Below, piece by piece: positions 55,609-64,000 of a stretch of DNA of 64,000 bases; position 1 is the first letter of the stretch, and every line of letters begins with the position of its first letter. This DNA is from Blastocladiella emersonii ATCC 22665 (lineage: Eukaryota > Fungi > Blastocladiomycota): contig JANHCV010000005.1 of NCBI GenBank assembly GCA_025594325.1, forward strand, positions 434,001 to 498,000, given 5' to 3'. The notes beneath the pieces were generated by a model. The model was not told the DNA's origin and made no database searches. It saw only the letters and a program-made list of their open reading frames with translations. Position numbers and translations under genes: made by a program.

Positions 55609-58383
55609 CATCACCAAACCGCGCCTGCCGAGGCCCCATGGATCCAGGGTGGATCCACCTCGAGCCTTCCAGTGCTGAATCAACGTCTCGATCAAGGCTT
55701 GATCCAGATTTTGCATGCTGGATCCACAATCATGAAAGGTGGATCCAGCCTTGACTGAGATGAGCTCGAATGAGCTTGGCGGCGACCTGGATCGAGACGT
55801 TGATCCACTTTCAACAATGTGGACCCACACCTTGATCCACGCGCCCTGGATCAACTTGTTGGAAAAGTAGTTCTGCGCGTTGATCAACGTCTAAATCCAA
55901 CTCGTGCGCAGGCGAAACCAGGAGCTGATCAACGGTGACCATGGTGATGTAGGAACTCATGCGAAAATGTATCGAAATGGTCTCAACGACCCAGCAAATC
56001 ATTTTAGGGAGCCGAACGCAACTAGACGTGTTCGTGCTGCTGCAAGGTGAGCTTGAGCCCGTCACCAAACGTCGTGTTCACGGTGGTCCACAAAGTCGAG
56101 CGAGTTGGCGAGCTGCGGCATCATGAGCAGCGTGAGGCTCGCAGCGTCTCGTGCGCGTTGATGAGGTACTCGGCGTACCCGCCCTGGTGCGCCGACGATG
56201 GCCGGTCCCCGTTCGGCGCGACGTGAAGGAAGGCCGATAGGGCCAAACGGGCACGATGTGGAACTCGCACGTAGGGCGGAGAGCTAACGTCTGTGCGGCG
56301 TAGAGACCCGGCACAACTACGCGAGGCCCCGTCTAGCAGAGGTGAAACTGCTTGAGAGCTGTGATATCAAGCCGAATGCTGTCCGTCCAACTCCAGGTCG
56401 ACGAGCCAGGTGCGCGGTTTGCGCTCGACCAAGCGCAACGGAGGGCAACGGCGCGCTCAACACCTCACATGCGACTCATAAAGCTTCAAGATGCGAGAGT
56501 CCTTGCGACCGCCGTAACGACCTTCTTCGCGAGGGTAGCGTTGCGACTTGGCTTGCCCGCCGACAAGGTCCCATCGACCAAGTTCGAACGCTCACGGCAC
56601 GGCCAAATGCTTGCAGCAAGTAATTCATGGATTAATCATAGAGTGCGACGTCGCAGTCCTGTCGCCGGGAGGAGAGAACTCTCCTAGGAGCAAAACGCGT
56701 TGAAACTAACGTCACGTGTGAGCGCGTTGCTCGTTTCGGCCGCGTTCGCTATTGCGGACTGGACACGTTGCGCAATTCGGGCCTCCCCCCGAATCCTGAA
56801 CGGCTGGGCGCGTCACGCGACGCGCCGGACCGCAACGCAAGCGACCTGCCACGCCTCTCGACGAGCGCCGAACTCGCGACTCCCTGCAAAGCGAGGGCCG
56901 AACTTTCAGGCCTCGCTTCCACGCGTCGGCCGCGTTCCGCGAGCGGCGACATGGGTGGCAGGTCGCGGCGGCGCCCGCAAGCTGGCGGCGGCGCAGGTCG
57001 CGTGGACGCGCCAGCCTTTCAGGATTCGGGGGGAGGCCTGAATTGCGCAACGTGTCCACTCTGCGCCGCGGCGGCTCGCGCTCCCTCGCTCCATCACCAA
57101 CAACCATGCTATCGACCCACTCGACACCCGCGACCTCGTGCAACCGCTTGCACCGTCATCCCTCGGCCTCCATGCATCTCGCGTCGACGCGTATCCGCCC
57201 GGCGCCACCACAGGCCCGCGCCGCACGGTGGCCCCCACGGTACGCGTCTCTCCGCTTCTTCTCGGCCGCTCTTCCCACGCGACGTGCATCCGGAGTCATG
57301 CATCAAGTCCGTCGACACGCCCTGCACACATCGACGGGACTCGCGCCCGCCGCACTCGATGTTCACGCCGCGTTCCCACGCCTACGGCACGCTCAAGTCC
57401 ACGCGGTACGGTGCTTCTCTTTCGCGTTGTCGGTGCGACTCGCGCTGCGTGCGGGCACCGCCGAGCTTCGAATCCCCAAGCATTCTCGCTCGTGTCGTCG
57501 GCCCGGGTCTCGGCGACGCAGCCCACGCGCTCGCGTCGACTGTACTCTTCGCCTGACCCTCTGCTCACTCGTCTCCGCTACGCGACCCGTAGCCTCGGTC
57601 TACCACGACAAGCTGCTGCGGCGCTCGCCCATCAACTGGTCGGCGTTGCTCTCAAGCACGCACCCGACGGCGTACTCGTTCATGATCGAGGTACGCGACT
57701 CGTCCTCGCCCATCACGGTCTCCGACATACGCAGATGATTCCCTCCTGTCTAGTTCATGGCGAGCAAGCTCACGAACCTGCCGTCGTGGCCAAAGGCGCC
57801 AGCTGCTGCGGGTTTGAGGACGGGTCCAAGGTGCACTCGAGGCGTCACGGTACGCGTTCATTGCCTCGCTGATGACCGACTCTGCGCTCACAATGATCTC
57901 TCCTCCGTCCGCATCGTAGGCCATATGCGGTTAGATTCCGCTCGCTCGTCATCAAGCTGGCCGCGAGGATCACCGGCACAGGGTTACCTCTCTCATCCTC
58001 CCTCATCCTCTTCCCCGCCGACGGTCTACCTGTATCGCACTCAATTCGCGGATAAATCGCGTGGTTTGAGACCTGGAATCATCGATGGGCCGCGATCTGG
58101 ATCCGGATATATTGAGCCGTGAGCGACGCCTTGATCCCTGGCGTGATCCACGCCGAGGCGAGGCGAATTCATTGCTGGATCAAGCTCTAGATCCACCTTG
58201 ACCAAAAGCTGGATCCATCTGAGAGCTCCGCACGGTTTGCGGGTGGATCCAGCTCGCCCAAGCTGGATCCACGCTTGATCCAGAAGAGTAATATCGGGAT
58301 CCACATTCCCCCGAGGTCCATCCAGTCCACGGCTGGATCCAGGGTGGATCCACTTCAAATGGCTGGGGCACGGTTTGGTGATG
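55609..58383. mobile_element. Non-autonomous TIR DNA transposon (CATCACCAAACCG ends, 2-bp GC duplication), possibly CMC/EnSpm-like
   Basis: CATCACCAAACCG at 55609 and its reverse complement ending 58383; GC on both flanks; many GGATCC-containing subterminal repeats. No transposase recognised. Confidence 0.6.
56761..57057. mobile_element. MITE, 297 bp, nested in the previous element
   Basis: About 55-bp imperfect TIRs beginning GGACACGTTGCGCAATTC; ACT on both flanks (56758-56760, 57058-57060). Confidence 0.75.
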
Positions 58384-58693
58384 GCCGCCGAACCACAATA
58401 GGAATCGCCCGAACCACGCGGTGCAGTTGCAGGCCACCACGGATGTGTCAGTCAAGCGACTCCCTCGCTGGTGTCTGTGAGCGTAGACCCGGCATCTGGG
58501 CCGTCTTGCGCTGGCGCGGAGCCGCTGGGATGCGAGGCAGGTTCCGTTGCCAAAGGAGGCGGCGGCGACGCTGGCTCGCGAGACGCGTCAATCGGGCTGG
58601 TTAGCGTGGCCTTGGAGCTGGTATTCAGACCGTCTTGCGTCACCGTTGAGCCGTTGGGAGGCGGAGCTTGAGGTGTGGCCGAAGAAGGCGATG

Positions 58694-58773
58694 CATCACC
58701 AAACCGCGCCTGCCGCGGCCCCATGGATCCAGGGTGGATCCACTTCAAATGGCCACGGCACGGTTTGGTGATG
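58694..58773. mobile_element. 80-bp minimal derivative of the CATCACC element
   Basis: Left end nearly identical to 55609 onward, right end like 58345-58383; TG on both flanks. Confidence 0.7.
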
Positions 58774-60310
58774 TGCCGCGGAGCTGTCGCCGACTTGTAT
58801 GATGCACTCGGGTTGCGGCGGAGCCTGGGTTTGCCCAGAGCCAAAAGATGGGCCAATGCTCGGAGTGCCAGACGATTTTTCGACTTGCCGAGGTGTGCGC
58901 CAAGCGACAGCTCGCGTACGTGCACTAAGAATTACATGGTGTAAGAACCCAATCAATCCAAAAACCCGGTGTGACGTACGTAACGCTGCTCGACGGTTCA
59001 TCCTCAGAACTCGTCCCGAAATCACCGTAGTTGTCGAGGGTCTACAAAAAAAAATCGGCTTCATCAAGCGACTGCAATTATGCCAGCTTGTTGGCAGGCG
59101 GTGTACACCGTACCTGGACAGGCATCGGCCGGGTCTGAAAGAGCTTGTAGAAGATGACAAGGGCCATGATGCTGATGAAGTGCATCACTCCGATCGAGCG
59201 GCTGAGTAGGTTCATGCCTACATCGACAATAATTTTCGCGTTCGTTGGCTTCCTCACTTCCGCGGCCCAGGACAGAACTGCCATCAATGACGTGGCCATG
59301 TACACAATCCACGAACAGACGCAGGCCACCCAAAGCACAAGAAGTATCACGAGCTGGCTGCACGTGGTGAGCATCAAGAGGCAGCAGCAGCACGTCCGGT
59401 TGGACTTTGCGCGAGGTCAGCGCAAGGCGCAAGCGGGAGCTTGAGGACGAGCAGGTAGGCTCGGGATGTCCTTGAGTCGGGCCTTGTTCAAGAGAGACGC
59501 GGTTCTACCTGACTTACAGAATCATCAACATCTCATTTTTCATGTTCCTAAACATGGTCACTAACGCGGCGGGCTTGGACGCAGCGGGAATCACAGCCAA
59601 CGCGCAGCGCAACAGTGCAGCGTCAATCAACAATGAGCGCGATAAGCGCGGTGAGCACAATGAGCGCGAGCTCGAACTGGATAACGACGTTCAACAAGCA
59701 GGTCAGCCAATCATCCAACATTGGCAGCACCAAGTCGCGCGCCATGATCTCCATGATCCTGCTCAGGCCGTTCCACGTCATCAACTAAGTGGTCCCGGCT
59801 TGCAGCAAGACGTGGCTGCAGACTCTTGATCACTTCAAGAACACGCTCAAGCAGGGCAGCGACCAGCTCTGGTGGATCAACAACTTCCGCGACTACGTGA
59901 ACGTGTTGCCTGGCAAGCTGACCGCCAATTCTGAGGCCAAAAATAGCGTGACGCCTGAGCAAGTCGACCTTTGATGTGCTGGCAGTACTGGCATGGGTAA
60001 CGACAACGAGGCTGACAGTGTAATCATGCCCGTTGACATCGCGCAGGAAGCTCACAGCAACGACGCGTTCGTGCACAAGATCCTGTTCATCATCTCCCAG
60101 AACGACCAGCACACGGCCATACTCTTCATGTCAGCAGTACACGACAGACTGCTTTCAAACTTGAACACGGCCGTGCCTGCTTTGCCACTTGAACTTTGCC
60201 AGCAGCTGCTCAAGGTTGACTCCAATCTGGCGTGGTTCGTGTAACTTGTCAACTACACTGACCTGGCCAGGAAGGCAGACGAGGATGCCCGTCGGTTTGC
60301 CACAGCACGT

Positions 60311-61150
60311 TTGGCGGAGCCACCTTGCGCTCAACTTGTTCAAGCAGACAGCGGTGCCGCACCACCGGCTGTCCATGCCCAGCTCGTGCAGCTGGAGCAG
60401 CAGCAGCTCGCTCCGCACCTTCCACCTACCTTCAAGGGCTCAACGTCAAGCAGCGCCGCGTCGCCAAAGCACATCAAGTTGACGCTCAATGCCATTGAAC
60501 GCCACAACGCCGACGTTGAGTAGCTCGACATGCTCCTCCACAGCGAGGTGGGTACGGGCAAGAGTCGCGTCATCAACTTGATTCGAAACATGTTCGTTGC
60601 CATTGACGAGATCTCCATGATTGGCGCCAAGCGCTTTGCCGCCATGCATTTGCGCCTTGCTGCGCTGTACCCGAGCTTGCGCGTCAAAACGCAAGGAGCG
60701 GCCAGCCGTCAGCAGAACTTGAACTGATGCCAACATCAGTCGCGACCAGTGGCTCGCCTTTGACTCGGTCTGCTTCCTCGTCCAGCAGATGCGGCAGTCT
60801 GGCGACGCGAGCTTCCTCAACGTGCTCCAGGACCAGCGCAACTGCATTGTCTCGCAGCGCGTGATCGAGTACCTCGGCCCGCGCTGAGCAGACGTTGTGC
60901 TGGGCCAGCACCCCAACCAGCTTGACGACTGAAGCGACCAGGTCCTCATCACGGCGCAGAACTTGGTGCGCAACGCGTGGAACTCTATGGCCGCCGCAAA
61001 GCACGCGCGTTGCCTCAGACTCCAACCTGACAAGGTCTTTGACCTCAAGTGCGTTGATCTCGTCCGCAAGCCCTACACAACTGGACCACTCTTTTGGCGG
61101 CACCTCGTTGTTGAGAGCAGCGGTCAGAGCGACAGCGACTGGCGCATGCT
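60311..61150 (+). pseudogene. Second, heavily decayed Pif1-like helicase relic
   Basis: EVGTGKSRVINLI, IDEISMIG and FLVQQMRQSGDASFLNVL, separated by stops, frameshifts and a deletion. Confidence 0.7.
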
Positions 61151-62042
61151 CAACTTAGCAAAACTGCTTCTTGTACATGAACTTATTGCGTGTACGGTGA
61201 GGTCACGAAATCCTCATCCTGCGCGATCCAGGTATCCAAGTCCTGAATCCAACGCACGCTCAACACTTACTTGCATAGTACGCATGACTGCAAGTTTGAT
61301 ACATCGTTGACGTGTTGACGTTCAGCCGGCTTGGCAGCCAGCCTAGTCGCCTACTGATGAGACAGTGGCTGCAACGCACACACCCCTAGTCAAAACGAGC
61401 ACTTGTAGTTCGCCTCAGCATTGTTTGGCGGACGCCTATTGGTATTCCTGAAACAGTTCAAGTTCACGTGACCGCGTTGCGCCACAGTCACCGAACGCGT
61501 GCGACCCCGCCCGCGTCACGCACGTCACGCGCACCGCGCCGATCTCCTTTGTCATCGCCGCGGACCGCCTCACCTCACCGAGCGACGCGTCGGCCCGCTC
61601 AAATCAGACGACGCGCCTCCGCATCCCCTCTCTCCCTTGTTTCTTTGACCAGTTGCTAGTATTAGCCACCACATACAGCCTGTTGCCCTCTCGTGAACCT
61701 CCTCACCGTCTCCTCTCGTGAGCCTTTTTACCGTCTCCTCTTGTGAACCTCTTCACCGCCTCGATCTTCTTCTCTGACAAGATCACGCGTCCATCGTGCC
61801 GAGCTTCCTCCCAGTTGAGTACGCTTCAACTGAAACATGAATGAACGGGGCCTCACTCCGCTGGTGTCTAACAAACTGATACTCTATTTTAGACCTTCGG
61901 ATCGCCCCGTGGAGCAATAACCAAGGAAGGCAAACCTTGAAATGAAGCCCAACTAAACACATTGACAGCGATCTGGGTCCAGGCTCAAAAATTCTAGTCC
62001 GTGACGTGGTCATTAGTGTGGTTTTGTGGAAATAGTCGAGGC

Positions 62043-62669
62043 TTACTTACCGCTGGCATGAGGTATGCGGCCGTGAACGCAGCAGGCATCGCGACGACTG
62101 GAGGGGGTGAATGCACTGACCGAGGGGCCAACCAAAAAGAGAACCACAATTGCTCCACCGCCAAGGAGAGTGATTATGTGCAACGCCCCATCCGAACTTA
62201 GGGCGGTGCTCATGGCCAGAATAGAGACAGTAATTGCCGCTGCAGCCAGATTGCGCGATAGTTCCAAAGCTGTGGGTGCCCATGGGTCAAATTCAGCAGC
62301 ATGGGTTTGTTCGCACAAGTGAGCATCGTTCCACGAGGCAGTAATCGAAATCTTGAGTGATTATGGAGGATATAATAGAATAACCGGACTTCCGGCGAGG
62401 CAAAGAAAAATCCCGCCACCACCAAGCAAAAAAGCAACGGCCACTAATGTGGAGCTTGACATGTGAACAAGCTTGACCAACAGCGCAGTACCCACGATAC
62501 TCGCTGCACCAACCATAGCCTGCACAATTTCAAGACCCGCATTGCAGTCAACGAGTGGGGAGAGCATTCTGCTGGCGTGGGGCATAGGGAAATCAAGGGC
62601 CAATTCGCGTGCAATAAAAGCGGAAAGGTGAAAAGGAAGAGAGGACAGCCATAAGACGAGCTCGAGCAC
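62043..62669 (-). pseudogene. Possible multi-pass membrane protein remnant with an in-frame TAA
   Basis: ORFs 62361-62669 and 62043-62318 share a frame, are hydrophobic and contain similar LLGGG motifs. Confidence 0.3.
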
Positions 62670-64000
62670 ATGCCTTCATTTTGTACTCAGCAGTAAGCCA
62701 ATAGCCAAGTGGCATTATTGTCAGGAGTTGGCTGCTGAGTTTCTCCCACCTGAAATTTGCCTCAAGCCGGCGTAATGGTTCATCAAAACATTCTGTTTTT
62801 CACGTGATGGTTCATTTCGTGCTCCATCCCCTGTCTCCAACGTCAGTCTCCAACTTCTGACTGACCAGCTCCAACTTTCTGGCCCTTGGGCTCCAGTCAC
62901 TCCCCGCATCGTCAACTCCTGCATTAAATGCAAATTCGTCCGTCAAAAAATAATGAGGGTTCTTTGTGCTCGAATTCGTGTGTGCGGAACGCTTGTCGCG
63001 CGAGCTTGAGCTACTGAGTGACTGCGCCACCCGCTGCGCCACACAACTGTGTCAATATGCTCTGGCCCCCTTGCACGGACTTTCCTGCTCCAGCTCCAGC
63101 TTCAGCTCCAGCTCCAACTTCTTCTTACCCTAGTCCTGGGACCTGTGCCTTCTGATTTGCAAGAATCATGTTACTCCCAGGCAGCGATGTTACTCCCAGG
63201 CAGCGAACCCCTCTTGTGGCTGATCGTACCATACATGTCGCAAACGGTGATGTCAAGTAGCTTCAGAACAGTGAACTTCAAGGCGGCCGCACACAGCCCA
63301 AGAACGCGCCCAGAAACTGGCCGACTGCACAAGCGAACCTACGTGAACGCGTTGCGCCACTTGGTCACTGTGGCGCATCCTGAAACAGTTCATTGATTTG
63401 ATCACTGGTACACCGTCCCTGGCTCTCAGCGAGCCGGCCGGCACATTTCCGTACAACATCACTGCTCGCTTGCTAGAGGACGCTGCAACAATCAAAATGT
63501 GGATGTGGATGTGGACGTGGGCGAAGCGGGCGGCGGCGGCGGCGCAGTGGATGTGGGCGACTTCACTTCGGGCAGGAGGCAACGGAGTTTGATGGGTGGG
63601 GACCGACTGCAGCACGGGCATATGTTGAGGAAGCGGCAACAAACGCGACGTGGAAAGCTTCCTGCGAGCGGGAAATGCAAGAGTGAGCTCAACGAATCAA
63701 GCTTGCAGATGAAGAGGTTTGACTGTACTCGTTCGTCGCACCAACGACGTTGACGAGTAATTTGAAGCCCCAGCGGCCAAGACGCGCGAGCGATTTGATG
63801 GCCGAGATGACGCCCAAAATGAGAAGGACCGTGAGGACGACCATGTTTGTGTCGTCAATCGCCCATGTCACAAACTGCGGCAGAAACATCACGCACTTGA
63901 TTCTAGCAACCAAGAAAGGGATGATGATATTGGCGGGAAGGAATGCGATGGCCAGAACCAAAAGCACTGCGAGAACACGCGCCAACGCATGAACGAAGTG

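Noticed and set aside
55637-55657. Resemblance of CCATGGATCCAGGGTGGATCC to the viral TIR motif CCATGGACCGGGTGGACC
   Set aside because: Too short and low in complexity to claim a relationship; termini and TSDs differ.
63253-63985. Hydrophobic minus-strand ORFs at the window end
   Set aside because: Different frames, truncated context and no family motif.

Overview
Eukaryotic, GC-rich, intron-containing DNA. The GT-AG introns (GTACG/GTGCG donors, CTGAC branch sites) and the gene set point to a fungus, possibly an early-diverging zoosporic one; that placement is inference. There are two host blocks: VMA13, a DRS2-type flippase and a single-pass membrane protein (1-9.7 kb), and RAD16, TAF9 and symplekin (47-55 kb). 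The main feature is a structurally complete 15,844-bp endogenous Polinton-like virus (PLV) at 10126-25969. It has TG...CA ends, a 5-bp GCAAG target-site duplication (TSD) and 1,042-bp terminal inverted repeats (TIRs). It encodes a double-jelly-roll major capsid, a penton, an A32-type packaging ATPase, a fibre, a TVpol-SF3 primase-helicase, and both a DDE (rve) integrase and a tyrosine recombinase; no pPolB or protease is recognisable. Each end starts with a 26-bp palindrome. That is the footprint expected if a hairpin-capped linear genome were nicked at CA and integrated, which raises the hypothesis that the tyrosine recombinase acts as a telomere resolvase. The remainder is an accessory region: Pif1/Helitron-like relics, an expanded ankyrin-like+LRR family, an MLKL-like/ankyrin-like gene with an in-frame stop, a tRNA-Gly, and nested non-autonomous DNA transposons. 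All assignments come from reading motifs by eye; no database searches were run.
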